Notes: generated by a model from the letters alone, not told the origin. Shown: positions 13,626 to 26,915, counted from the stretch's first letter. The stretch is DNA of 64,000 nucleotides from Podarcis melisellensis (GCA_964234715.1 OZ174279.1), one strand, 5' to 3'. Numbers and translations are program-made.

Positions 13626-13764
13626 CTCCCAACCCCCCCTCATTTATCTTATCTTCTCATATTTATGTGTGTTTTATTTTGGTTGCTTGGACCTCTAGTT
13701 TATTATTCCTTCAGTCTCAAAGTTTATGGACCCCACCTCCTCTTGCATGCATGTCATTCCTGTT

Positions 13765-13978
13765 TTGAACAGTTTTGTTACCCTGTTTGAGTTGACAGTC
13801 GTCAACGACTGGTACATCATCATGGAAGGGGTGACATCAGAGACTTCGCACTGGAGCTGCCTCTATTTCATGATTTTCTATATTGTGACCATGGTGGTGA
13901 TGACAATAATTGTAGCCTTTATATTGGAGGCGTTCGTGTTCCGTATGAACTATAGCTGGAAGAATCAGGATTCAGGAG
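13765..13978 (+). pseudogene. TPCN1: Isolated fragment of two-pore channel 1 (second pore loop and IIS6), probable partial retrocopy
   Basis: [70 protein letters not shown] is nearly identical to vertebrate TPCN1 as recalled; no other TPCN1 sequence seen in the window. Confidence 0.88.
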
Positions 13979-14954
13979 GTTGTTATGCCTGTGCTGATTG
14001 AGTTGTTGCTAGATTTTTCCGGATCAAAATAGTCCATGCTGATACTTTCACAGAGTTAATTCCCCCTCCCCAATCCATATATTTTGCAGAGTTATTTTCC
14101 ATTGCAGCAACAAATGTGCATCCTTGGATTCTGTGTGGTCGACAAACATCATCTCTGTCTTGGTAAAGACCTGTGGGAGTTACTGGGTAAATCTGCCAGG
14201 ACATGCTATTTGCACAGTTCAAAGATGCCAAGCGACTCTCAGAACACACACAAATGAAATACGGGTCTACTGAGGAAGCTCATCAACAATTTACAATGAA
14301 ATAGGCAGCTTCTCAAACTTTTCCTTTTCAAAGCCAGCCAATTTTTGCCACTGCATTTGTTGCCCTTTTTCAAAAGCATAAAGAGCCTAGCAAAGTTGGA
14401 GCCCTGCTCATGCAGACAAATGCCACCAGATACAATTAATTGCCACATTAAGTGTCACTGCTCTCCACTCTGCATTCAGCATAATCTTATTACCCCAGTG
14501 AGCACTTCACTTACCCCAAATGGTATGACGGGGCATGAGATTATTACTGCAACTAAGAGTAAAGGTAGCAGGTTCTCCTACTGATTTCAGCATCAAGAAT
14601 ATACCATGGTCGATAGTAACAGAAGCTGCTGAGAAATCCAGTAAGAGTTTACTTAAAATCAAGCCGAAAACATTTTATCTCCCTATTTAGCATCACCTCT
14701 TTCTTCCACCTACTTGTCTCCCTGTTGAATTATAGATTGTAAGATTCTCATGGGAGGGACCAATTTTTCTTACTGTCATTCCATTACAGAACCTTGCATG
14801 ATGGTGACACACGTGAAGCAGTGTTCAAAATTCCCCAGGAATTTTGCAACTGGCGCAGGCCCAGTTGTGACCATGTGGAGATCTCTGGACGCCAGGTTGG
14901 CAACATCTGCGTCTGGCTGGCCCCTCCAGCTTTCTTGGGCAGGTAAGCAGAAGA

Positions 14955-15153
14955 GTTTATTTATTGAATTGATATCCCACCTTTTTCTCCAAGGAGTACA
15001 TGATTCACCTCCCTCCTCAGTTAATTCGTACAACCCTGTGAGGTAGGATAAGAGGCTCTGCCTGGCCCCCAGTGGGCTTCATGACTGAGTGGGGATTTGA
15101 ACCCTGATCTCCCAGGTCCTAGTCCGGCACTTTAACCACTACACCACACTGGC
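14955..15153 (-). mobile_element. MIR-like tRNA-derived SINE
   Basis: caaccctgtgaggtagg...gggatttgaaccc...taaccactacaccacactggc; similar copy at 52700. Confidence 0.75.
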
Positions 15154-16958
15154 TTCCTCCAGTACTTCTGCTATGGGGCAGATACATAAATCAAATAGGT
15201 AAATAAATATGGGGAAAGCAAAATGTCACTTAGAGAAGGATCCAAAATATTTTCTTGAAGCTTGCATTTGTTTTATTCTGGATTCAAAGAATCATAGAAC
15301 TATAGAATTAGAAGGGGCTACGTGGATTTTTGTTTTCATGTTCTGTAAACTGCTTTGAGATTTTTTTCATTTAAAATATAAAGTGGTATAGAAATGAAAT
15401 TAATGGTGATGGTGATGACGACAATGACAATAAATTCCATTGGTATCTAGACATTCCATTGTGGCAATTGTAACCTAGGTTTAAGGTGCCATTTCGTGGT
15501 TAGCTTATATACCGTAAATGAGTTTCTAACACTGACGTGGAGAATCTGTGGGCCTTCAAGTGTGGCCTGCCTAGGTGCCTAAGCTGTCTCACCACCCAAT
15601 TAATTCCTCCTGCTCCAAACTTTTCTGCCTCCCTGATGAATTCATACTCACCCAGCCTCCCAGTATCAATAACACTCCCTCCCACTCATTATACTGTATT
15701 AATAATATTCCACATCCAAGACATTGCTTTTAGAATTGTAAAACTCTTGATTTAGCCAACAGTGAAGTATCGCTCTTCAAGGGGAAAACAAAGACTTCCA
15801 CATTGGATGGCACTTCTAAAAGGCTGCTTAGCCAAAGGAAGGAGAGTTGTGGGGGCAGGAAAAAATATGAGAATATAAAACAAATGAGATCACCAAAAGA
15901 AGCATATTTCTGTTTCAAGGAGGAAGTTGGAAGAAGCCCAAAATCACTGCTGGCAGTGAGAAGTGGGAATCACATCTTGGTATACCACGTCTGGAGCTAT
16001 AAATAATAAGAAGTCACTATTTCCTGAAAACAATGCATCTCGGAAGAGCTTCCGTTTTCATAAGCTATTTTGCTTATTTAAAATGTTTTTACACATTTTA
16101 ATTAAATGTTTTCAAAAAAAGACAGCTTTTATGTGTCTCTTGACACAAAATTGTTGATGCATCTTGGAAATTAGATCTGAGCTTCTAACTGCAAAAAACA
16201 TCTCACGACATGGAAATGTGGTCCTCTAACAAAGTATTTAACCTCAGATACTATTTTCTTGTGTGGTGGTGATTTTAGTGTTATCATTTTAATATATTCA
16301 CATTTTATTTGTATTATGATTATGTATTACCTGCCCTTTGCCCTAAAGTCCCAGGGTATGTTGCAACCCTAAAAACACAAAATATTAAGAACAGTTCAAA
16401 ACAGTAGTGATGTTGATATATTCGCTTTATAAAACTTGTTATCTGCCCTGGGCTACTTGAGGAAGAGAGGGAAACAAACACGCTTCCGTGCCTCAAGATT
16501 AAAAAATAAATAAATGCAGCTGTAATACACACAGGAATAAGTTATATTGAACTCAATAAGGCTTACTTCTGAGTAAACATATCTAGCTGTTTTCTAAATC
16601 TTAGAGGATCATTATTATTATAAGCCCAGAATTTTCCCATACCCCCTAACATTTTGAGAGGAAAATTTGGGGCACATCCACACCATCCAGCCAATCCCGT
16701 CGCTCATTCGTACACCCTCTCCCTGCTTCTGCCCCCTTCCTCACCCGCCTGCCCCATCCCTCCCCTCTCCTACCTGCTACATGGACCAGACCAGCCTCTG
16801 CATCCTCCTCCAATGCCACAGACATACTTCCAGAAGGCAGCTTCCAGAAGTGCCACAGTGGATGGAGGAAGGGGAGTGATGATATGTGGCATCAAGGTAG
16901 TTCCCCCCTCCTCTGTTTCTGGGTCCCACACTCTGATGTGAGCCACCTGACTTGCACC

Positions 16959-17499
16959 CAGGCCCAGACAGAGGGGGGGCATATGGGCCACATGGCCCGG
17001 GCCTTCGATTCCAAAGGGGGCCTCAGTCAGCATATTCACAATTGCAGGGGATGCACTGGGATGCACAGTGGCCTCCAATGAGAGATGTTTCAATATATTA
17101 AAACGAATTAAGTTTTTCTTTCGATCAATGATGGCTCAAGAATGCCTAAATGGTTTAGCAATGATAAACATAAACCACGATAAGGTGAAGTTGCTTGATT
17201 TTTCCTGCATAATTCAAGAATTTGCAGAGAAGAAAGCCAGCAAAGCATTTTTAAATGTAAATACTTAAAATAATCCTTTTCCCTATGTATTTTTAAAAAG
17301 CACTGTTGTATATCTATATTTTCCATTTTGTCTTTATATGCAGATATGGTTCAAGGCTTGAAATAAAATTATTTGTCAGCATAACTTTTGTGGAAATTAT
17401 TTATATACTGTACTTATTTATAAGACTTCAGTTATCCCCAGGGTAAAAGGGCACATTATCTACCTGGCCCGGGCCTCTGCCTGGCTCTGCAAGGCTCTG
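16959..17499 (+). mobile_element. Internally deleted hAT (Tip100-like) element with transposase dimerisation-domain remnant
   Basis: Perfect 8-bp TSD cttgcacc (16951-16958 / 17500-17507); ORF 17068-17268 ASNERCFNILKRIKFFFRSMMAQECLNGLAMININHD...FAEKKA resembles the hAT C-terminal dimerisation domain. Confidence 0.85.
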
Positions 17500-18324
17500 C
17501 TTGCACCACAGCATAGAACCAAACAACGAGCCCCAAAATTGGTCATCTGAGATTGGGATCAGAAGCCAGGGTGGCTTCTGTCAATCTGGGATGTCCCAGT
17601 TAAATCGGGACACTTGGGAAGAGTATGCATTCCTAATTTAGAGTGCCTAAACCATGAGTCTTCCCATTCATTCCGCTTTTACAGAAGTGGCTCCTCTGTC
17701 CTCCAAGTCCCTGTTCAAAGAAGCTTGTCACAGGAGCTTTGTTAAATGGTGGTCTGGCAGGCCTGAGCTCCAGGTCTTTTGTGGCAGATCCCAGACTTCC
17801 TGTTCCTTAGTTTAATACTATAAAGAAGAGTTGTTACTTTGCTGAAAGGGCAGCTGGACACTGCAAAGCACAGCGTTGGCAAAATCTCAGCCACACGCCA
17901 TCTTAATTTCATACGCCTATAAATCAGCATATGGAGCTCTTATGCAAATTTGTGCCATGGGCCTACCCTGCCCCGAAAATCCTTTTATTTTCGAGTGGCC
18001 AACCCCCTCCCATGCCCTCCTAACTTTCAGGGAACAGATCAAAACAAATGTTTAGACACCAGGTTTTGGGTCTCCCAAAGGACTAGACTTCTCTGATGCT
18101 TTTCCAGTTATGATTTGGTTTTATCTTTAAGGATGAAATGTAGGGTGTTTTCTTTATTTTGTAAATGTCAGAAGCTTCCCCACATTTCACAGAAAACAAT
18201 ATTTAAAATAAATTAAAAAGATACTCAAATGTGGATGTGGTAAAACAGTAAGACAGAAGTGGCATGTGTTCCAAGTCCTCGATTCTGAGACATTAGGAAA
18301 CAGCCTGCGCTGGACAGGGTTGTA

Positions 18325-18522
18325 CAGTAGTACCTCAGGTTACAGACGCTTCAGGTTACAAACTCCGCTAACCCAGAAATATTACCTCAGGTTAAGAACT
18401 TTGCTTCAGGATGAGAACAGAAATCGTGCTCCGGCATCAGGAGGCCCCATTAGCTAAAGTGGTGTTTCAGGTTAAGAACGGACCTCTGGAATGAATTAAG
18501 TTCTTAACCAGAGGTACAACTG
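18325..18522. mobile_element. Tc1/mariner MITE (family A, reverse orientation)
   Basis: TA|cagtagtacctc ... gaggtacaactg|TA. Confidence 0.88.
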
Positions 18523-19854
18523 TATTTTCTTGGAAGGAGCAGGTCTTAGCTTAGGGCTTACCCAGCAGCACTGTCACTAGAGACGCAGGAGGCCTCAGTG
18601 GTCAGGAGTGCTTTCTTGCCTTCTTTGGCAGCTTTTGAACAGAGATGATTTACTCTTTGTAGTCCATGCTCTGCTAATTTTCAGACAAGGTTGCTGCAGT
18701 GCATTGTATGTGGTTCTTTTGTCCTAAGCTGATCACACAGAAACTCACTATGAGCCGAGTTAGTGGTTAAATGAACTTTATTTCTGAGGAGGCCAAAGAG
18801 CCTGTGTAACCAACCTCTGTGTCACCTGTGTGTCAGCCCTCCAGGAGCCAGCTGTTTATGTCATATATGTATCTTAATCAGAACAAACACTCAGAAAACT
18901 GTGGGTTCGCTTGCCAATAAGAACATCAAAAGGTTATCTAAAAGTAGCCCAACTGGTCACCAGGCTTAAAAGAGTTTAATCTCTTTCCTGGCTCTTAATC
19001 TGAGAGCTGAGCAAACTGCAGTGGTTGGACAATTAAGCAGCATAAAAGGACATCCAAGATCATTCAGGTGGATATTTTGGATGATTTCCCAGCCAGATAG
19101 CTCCTCCAGGATCCCAGTACCTGGAATGACATGCCGGTCCCTGTAAGCCCATAAAAACAGTACACTATATGACCATTGGTGCCGCTTATAAAATGTTTGA
19201 TCTCAGGGGGCAGAGGAGGGACGTTTCCTCCATGGTTTGTTTAAATAGAACCTTTAATGTCTATTCCTGAAACTGGAGCTCATTCATTTTTTAAATGCCA
19301 AATGCAGATGAAGACTTGTGGTAGGAAAATGGTGCCATCTTTGGAATCTGTTCCCTTGAGTGACTGTTCATGGCCCTGGATTGGTTAGCAGAATGCTGAA
19401 GACAACTCTAGGATTTTGGGAAACTTTCCATGACTCTCCTTGCAAGAGAGGATATTAGGATAACACATTCTTATTTTCAAATGTGGCACCCTTTAGATTC
19501 CTTTGTTCGTTGCCAGAAATAAGTACAGCTTTTTGCTCAGCGTGAACTAGGCAATGGGGAGCAAAGTAAGATAGCTGAACTTCAGTGAACCTCTGCATGC
19601 AGATGCTACAAAAGTGACGTACTTAGTGATGAAATTACCATAAGCAGTTCTCCCCGCTCAGCCAAAAGGGGATTTGTGGCCATAAGCCATTACTTCCCAG
19701 TAAAAGAAGCGATCTTCTTTGTAGCTCTGCTCTAAGCATAGTTCCTTAAAGAGATAGAATGAAAACTAGAGGAAGAAGCTGCTAAAAACTTTTCTGAATA
19801 AGCTGAGCACTCTCTAGCAACTAGCAAATTAAATAACTGATGGGGCATTGGTAC

Positions 19855-20382
19855 TGTTATGAGTTTGTGGTTACCAGACACATTCTAACCCTGGAACCAG
19901 CAAGTGCTAAAATATAAGACAGGAAGCATCCTGTGTTCGTGTAATCACCTGGGTGATGGGCCATTAAGAAAACAAATGAAAAGTGATCGGCCATTAAGCG
20001 AGAACAAGGGAAAGGTAATGGGCCTTTAAGAGAACAAAGGGAAGGGTCCCTCCTCCAACTCTTCAACAGTGAGAAGGACAAAAGGCAGAGTTGAGAATTG
20101 GAAGTTGGCTGTAATGCCACCTAGAAGTCAGAGAAGGAGAGCATCATGTTTGATTTCTGAACACTCTCGCTAGGAGAGAAACAAGATCCTTTCTGGCTGT
20201 TAATGCTGTGAACTCTTCCTCCACCATAGGATCAAGTTGTATATATGTGTAAATAAACCACATATCATAAAGACGCCACACTCTCTGCTACGCGTCATTC
20301 CCAAAAAGAAACACAAACCCTTGATAAGCACCTGAACCCGCTGAAATCTCACACTGCTCAGAGATTGGGGTGGCATGCAAGA
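19855..20382 (+). mobile_element. Solo LTR (Gypsy-like)
   Basis: tgttatg start; end gcatgcaaga (terminal CA apparently mutated); 4-bp TSD gtac / gtac; AATAAA at 20252. Confidence 0.65.
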
Positions 20383-21794
20383 GTACAATATGAGAGCTAT
20401 CTTGAAGCCATGTATCCTGTGTTCAGTCATTATGTGGAACATTAATGCAAAATTAACTGGAAGAGAGTTGCACTATAGAAGCAAGGAACAGTTTCTTTTT
20501 GTTTTCAAGGAGGAGGAGGAGGAGGAGGAGGAGGAAATTTACCAATCTTATTTATCAAGTAAGTGGCCTTGGTGTGTTCTGTGGTGTTACAAGCCAAAGG
20601 AAAGTGGGAGTTATGATGCAGATTCTTTCTGACCTATTTCTATCCATCTTATGCCATCCATTCATCACTCTTATCTTAAAGTTCCTGGATGTCCAGATGA
20701 ACCCCCAATTTGAAAAAAACAACAACTTCTGATTAAGTAGATGCTAACATGTATCAAAATAGTATAAAAGCTGCTCTTCTGACTTAAAGAAGTTGGATGA
20801 GTCATATTCTTTGTAAAATTCCCCTTTGTAGATAAACAAACTGGTCATCCTGATAACAAATATTCAGACTCAAGGAATTGTTAAAGTTTGCTTTGTTACA
20901 GCCTAGATAATGAATCAATCATTTTTGTTTGTTTCAGTTATTATTAATCAAGTGGATGAATGGTTTCTCAGTTTTTGCTTTGAGATTTACATGCCTACAG
21001 GTCTTGAAGAAAAAGAAACAGTGTGACCTCTTTTACAATTCCAAGTACACCTAATATCCATTATCCATTATCTCTGGAAAACATGTATCTATTTGAAGAC
21101 ACTCAGCAAGCAGATATGGCAAATCTTTACACAATTATTTACATTTCAAAGTCTACTGAAGAACCAAGTTTTAACGATACATTAAGCCATGGGGTGTATA
21201 AACTATAGTTCAAGTTTGAAAGCCATAAAGACACAGTTTCTTAAGGCAGAAACCCAGTTTTTCGCATATGAAGATGGATATCGCTACATCTGGGCTTGTG
21301 AGGACAGTGCAGTCCTCTACAAGTCTTCTCAAAAGGAACTCCCGTTAAGTTTAGTGGGGCTAACTCTCTGGTAAGAGGCTACAGATTGCAGTCCAATTGT
21401 GCTACAAGAAGACCTGCCCTGGAGGATTGTTGGTAAGCCATCAAGGGGGGAAAACTTGCTTTGCCTTGTCTGTTGTATATAGGAAACAATGGGGATGCTT
21501 TGTTTGAAATTGTATGGGGTTCTACTTATAATGAAGGTTAAATTTCAGGATCTCTTCTAACACAGAGCTGGTTCAGAGATCCCATGCAACATGGTTTGGA
21601 CCTACAGAAATGAGACCTGTGCTCACATGTTCCTCCCTCCCTTATATTTCTACTTCCCTCCTCTCATATTTAACTACTTATTTCAGCTCTGTTCACGTGT
21701 TACTTGCATGTGAAGCGCTCACATGTTGAAGAAGGGGAGAGGGTGTGCTGCTGTCCTGCTGACAATGTTGTGTGACATGGAGTTTTGAAAAGGA

Positions 21795-22256
21795 TCTGGC
21801 TACCAATTAGTTTCCAGGCCCAATTCAAAGTGCTGGTTTTGACCTACAGAGCCTTAAACGGCTCAGGACTGCAATACCACAAGGACTGCCTCTTCCCATA
21901 TGAACTTACCAGGACCCTGAGATCATCTTCTGAGGCTCTTCTCCATGTGTCTCCTCCTTGAGAGGTCCAGAGGATGGCATCATGAGAACGGGTCTTCTCT
22001 GCAGTGGCTCACCATCTCTGGAACGCTCTCCCCAGGGAAGTTCACCTGGTGCCTTCATTACACACCTTTAGGTAACAGGCAAAAATGTTCCTTTTTAACC
22101 AGGCCTTTGGTTGATCTGTTTGACATCCTATAACCTTTTAAAATGTGGCTCTTTTCTTGGGGTCTGTTTGTTATTGGGTTGTTGTTTTTATTCTGATTAT
22201 ATATATTTTCTGTGAATTGCTCTGAGACCTCTGCGTATAGGACAGTTTATAAATTC

Positions 22257-22290
<34 letters not shown>
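21795..22290 (+). mobile_element. L2-like LINE 3' end with (AAT)n tail
   Basis: FQAQFKVLVLTYRALNG remnant, homologous to the copy at 56780; ends in an (aat)n microsatellite. Confidence 0.75.
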
Positions 22291-22291
<1 letters not shown>

Positions 22292-23008
22292 TCCTATCAT
22301 AATGTAGATTTGTGTTTCCCGCCTTTTCTTCTTATGCCTGACTTTCAGCTAAGCTCAGAAGGATTCACCCTTCTCATTCCTAATAAACAATAGTGTAGGG
22401 GAGGCCATTCTAATTTATTGTATAGTAATATTAATTTCAACCTATATTTATTAGATATGTCAAGCTGTTTTGAAAATTCCTTCCTCACATCCACCTTCTT
22501 ATCAGTTGCCTCCCACGGTGCTGGTTCATAAGTTTATCAATCGTTTATTTCCTAGCAGGTATTTGGCAAATACAAAAAGAACTTATTAATCAGCCACAGG
22601 TCAATAAATGTCATCTCTCATTGTCCTCCTGAATTCCATCCAGTTAATTATTGTTATATCAGTCCTTAAGACAAGGCTATCTATCCTGCATAATTTTCCA
22701 GTCCTTACCTTTATTGAAAATGCCTCCTAACATTGTCTCATCAGCAGATTTCACTATCACACTCCTGCATCCTTTCCTAAACCCAATAATGAAAATATCG
22801 AGCAAGTGGCAGTCTATAACATCTTATTTTGAGCTCAAAATTGTGTCTTTTATTTTGCACATCATCCCTCCCCCCCTACCATTAACTGGTCATGGATCCA
22901 TCTCAGAATATCTTCTTCAGCCCTTAACTGTTGTTGTAAACAAAAATTGCCCCTTTGCCTTATGGGGTATCCAAGAGCCCATACAGAGTCCTTACATAGG
23001 TTCCCTAT

Positions 23009-23655
23009 TGGTAGGAGAAAATAACAGAGGCCAACCAAAGAATATTGAGAAGCAAAGCAGCTAGTAAGCTTGATCTTTATTGATCTGTTGCAACAGGGTG
23101 CTCCTCTTACCCGCAGGAAAGGAGGAAGAACCCAGAGCAATGGCGTGCAAGGCCTTATATGGACTTTTGAAATTGCCACCCTGTAGATCAAGACCACCCC
23201 CAGAAACATCATACATACATCACAGAAGGGGTGTAACCTAAGACCACCCCCCAGATACAGCATACCTACATCACAGAAAAGGCGGTCTAAAACACAAATT
23301 TGAATGTTGTTTTTCTCCTGTCGTTTATCTCCTGTCTGGCAGGTTACTTGATTGGATTTCCTGGGGAGCCTGGCCAGTCTTTTGTAATGATAAATACTTA
23401 GTTCCTGGGCCAGGTCACAGGCTCACACCCTATTCAAACACAGACATACCCTTAAGAAAGGATTTGTGAAAGAAAAGACAATGGGGAGGCTTTTCCATTT
23501 TCCTTTGACCTTGCAGAGAAAACATTTGGTCAGTATGGGACAGTTTGGAAATCAAAATGGTTCCAGGTCAGTCTTCCTGTGCTGATCTATGTACGTGCTT
23601 GGTTGGTACACTTATGAACATTTAACATATATCTAAGCCCTCAAAATTCCTATCA
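23009..23655 (-). mobile_element. Probable solo LTR (ERV-like)
   Basis: Termini tggtagga / tcctatca; minus-strand AATAAA near 23076 and TATA-like sequence near 23154; tandem ~51-bp duplication at 23189-23280; TSD not evident. Confidence 0.5.
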
Positions 23656-25520
23656 CACTGTGCCGCTGCAACCATGTTTTACATAAGAAGAAGACGTGTT
23701 TTTATTGCAATACTGAGCCAAGTTATATCAATAAATTTATTCAGACCTCCCAAATGTAGTTAATGGCACACCTATACAAATCTAATGCAAGCTTATAATC
23801 ACTCAAACTTGCATTTATCCACCTACCATTTTGGCAAGCAGCAAGGTGCTGTGGGAAAGCACCTATTAACTAGGGGGAATTTCTGTAGCAACAAACCAAA
23901 CTCTGTATCAAGAACCTGAAGTCCTCTCTTTTAGTGTTGCTTAGGGCGGGCAGAGATAAAATAAATGGAAATTTTTCCTGTCAAATCTGGACACCTGTAG
24001 GCAATGGTGTTTAACAGAGCAGAAGGTGATATGATCAACAGAAGCTAATAAGTTTTAGTATCAAGATAGATTTTGCTTTTCTGTGTTTCTCTACTCAGTG
24101 TCTGCCCTGCAATTCTTCCAATTCTGTTGTATCACCCAGACAAGGTATTGTGGTTTATAACAAATTCTGCTCCATTTCAAAGCAGGACAACTACAATCCA
24201 TGGATTATGAAGCTGGCTTCTTAAACGGGCCTGTTTGTTAGACTATGGTTCCTAGTCCAAACAACATGTCACCTTCCTCCTGCGAGTTCCTAACGTGTGG
24301 GGGTCTACTTCGACCTTTGGGTACCTCTTGATGTAATGTCATCAAATTTGGCGTGAGGGATCCTGAAGTGACCTTTGTCAGTGTTTGGATACCAGGAGCC
24401 ATTTTGATTTAAGATGGGGGACCGAAACATGAATTTGGAAGAACGTTACCCATTAGGGGCATATGTTTGGCTGCCTCTCAAGATAGTGACCCCAGATTGG
24501 GCATGAGGGTTCCTGGGTAGGGGGGCAATGGCCTTCATCAATGTTTGGATGCCGGGTGCCATCATGATTCAAGATGGTAGACTGGAACATGGCACCACTC
24601 ATTTTATTTTGGCACACGCTCAGCCACTTCTCGATATATCGTCAGGCGCCATTTAGAATCAAGATGGCAACCCAGTATGAATTCACAACTAGTCCAAGCA
24701 AAATTATTGTCATGACATGACCAAACACACAACTTACACTATCCTTTTAAGAAGCATGTTTGTTTGTTTGTTTCTAAAAATTATCAGGCAGCACCAGGCA
24801 CTCTCCATTATTAATAAACATTCACTTTCTTGTTTTCTTAATCCCAGTGTGATTGCATCCACAAAAAGTGTACTCCTCCAAGAGGAATTCTGTCGCAGTT
24901 CAGCTTCTGCCAGTGTTTGAAGGCTAACAATCACTAGCCAGCTTGAATTGTGTCTGGTGTGTCTGGGGGTAATTCCTTCATCCCATTCACGCAAGTACAG
25001 ATCGCTGGTGTTTGCACACAGAAAAATGACCTACTTGCTTTCATATTTTATTTCCCAGCTACCCAAACCCTTCCAAATTTCCCAACTACCCCCTAAACCT
25101 ATATTGAAGATACCTGATCTGACTGCTGATGTACCTAAATTAATTCAGCAGCCGAGTCTTTTTTTAGTCCTTCCAGAGATATATGGCACCTTTCCAACAT
25201 ACGCGCAAGCACAGGCTGGCTTCTGTTGCCTACCAAGTGGCATAAAAGCAGCTTTCCTATCCAAGAACACTCCATCCCTCCATGTTGCACTTAGTGGAGC
25301 TGCAACTTTCATTGATTATATTATAAATGTATAATGTACTGTTTGGAGAGCAGATGTATAGTAGTAGATAGCTAGGGCATGTGCTGAGAAGTCCTCAGAC
25401 CACAATCTCATGGCATTAGCACCGCTCCTTCTATATTGTTGAGACAATATTTGCCTTTCTTACAGCCTGTTGAAAGGGTTACTAAGATAATGCAAAGTTG
25501 TTTTGAGCTTTTTGGGGAAA

Positions 25521-25841
25521 TGTTAAATGGATGCTAGGCAATGGACATCTATTTTTCTATAATACCTGCCATAAACCATTATTTGTACCCTGCCCATATG
25601 AAATATACTCGGGAGTCCTGTAGTGATTTCATGCTCTTTATTGCAGCTTGTAAAACAGTGATTGAATCCCCCCCCCAACCTCAGGCTTTTATATACATTA
25701 TTTACACAATGAGTCCCATCTGATTGGCTGATTCTGCTTCCCTCCTGGAACCTGATTGGTCTTTTCCTGCAAGCCAATCAGTTGTTGCATTCTAGGATCC
25801 TACTTGTTTATTGTTCTAGGATCCAAGCTTAGTACATAACA
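25521..25841 (-). mobile_element. Degraded LTR-like element with repeated CCAAT boxes
   Basis: Minus-strand start tgttatgtact; three gattgg / ccaatc motifs; left boundary uncertain. Confidence 0.45.
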
Positions 25842-26292
25842 CCATCTGACTGGGTTTCCCCAGCCGCTCTGGGCTAGGATTCCAAGGCAGAAAATGCCTC
25901 CGTTGCTTTCATTTCTTACTCTCTATTTCCTCCTCTCTCTCTTTGATGTAGCCATCAAATATTCAATTTTAAGAACATATGAGGAACTCTGCAGACAGTC
26001 CCTCTAGCATCTGACTACCTCCATTAGCCAACCAGATGCCTCCAGTCCTCTCCCCTCATTGCTTCCCAACAACTGCTTTAACTGGCCTAAACATCACTGC
26101 TAGCAGCCACCGAAAGATCTGTCCTCCATAGGTTTGTCTAATTCTCCTTTAAATCACTGAAGCTGGTGCCTGTTGTGCATCTGCTGCCTTCTCATCCATT
26201 CAGGAAAAATGCATATGGGCATAAAGTGCGCAGGGAAAGCAGGCAAGGACAAGAATGGATGGGGTACCATGCCTGCAGTCACTCCCCCTATC

Positions 26293-26915
26293 TAGGGTTG
26301 CCACCTTTGGTCAGGCAAAAGACAGGGCAGGTTGGGGGTGAGGATTGGGGGGCACACACACTCTCGTGACACCAAATTCTCCCCCCTTTGTGGAGGGGGG
26401 TTCCCTGTGTTTAGCCTCCCGCCTCCCTCACCAACCTGGCCCCTCTCTTTCCCTTGACTCACGTCAGGAGCCAGGGGCAGATGGCCAGCTCCCATGGGCA
26501 ACTTGAACCACAGCTCTAGCCTCTTGCCCATGCAGGCATAGGAAAAGACTTGAGCATGGAGGAGGAGGGAAGTAGAGACGTCAGGTTGGGGTGGTGGAGG
26601 CAGCTAAGTGGCGGCAGACCCGCACCGTTCTTAACCGGTGGGTAGTGGCTGAGGTAGTGGGTAGAGGAGCGCCGGTGAGGAGGAAGGAAGGAGGTATGAG
26701 GGAGGGAGAGGAGGTCTTTTCTCTTCTCTCTATTGTCCCTCACGCTGGGCCAAGCTCCTCATCAGCTGCACCAACGATGACACGACCGCCATTTTGGGCT
26801 GGCCGAGCTCAAATACAAAAGAAAAGGTCTCCTGTTTGAAGTCCAAACAGAACAGGGGACATTTTTGTCCCCAAACAGGGTGATCCTGTTTTTTACAGGA
26901 TGGGCGGCGACCCCA
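26293..26915. mobile_element. hAT (Tip100-like) non-autonomous element with GC-rich interior
   Basis: Left TIR tagggttgccacc, right ggcggcgacccca; subterminal acagg / cctgt repeats; TSD degenerate (cccctatc / ctccctac). Confidence 0.6.

Noticed and set aside
20375-20632. ORF ending WCYKPKESGSYDADSF, faintly like the ST6GAL1 N-terminus
   Set aside because: No transmembrane anchor, an immediate stop, overlap with an LTR end and a (GAG)n repeat; treated as chance.
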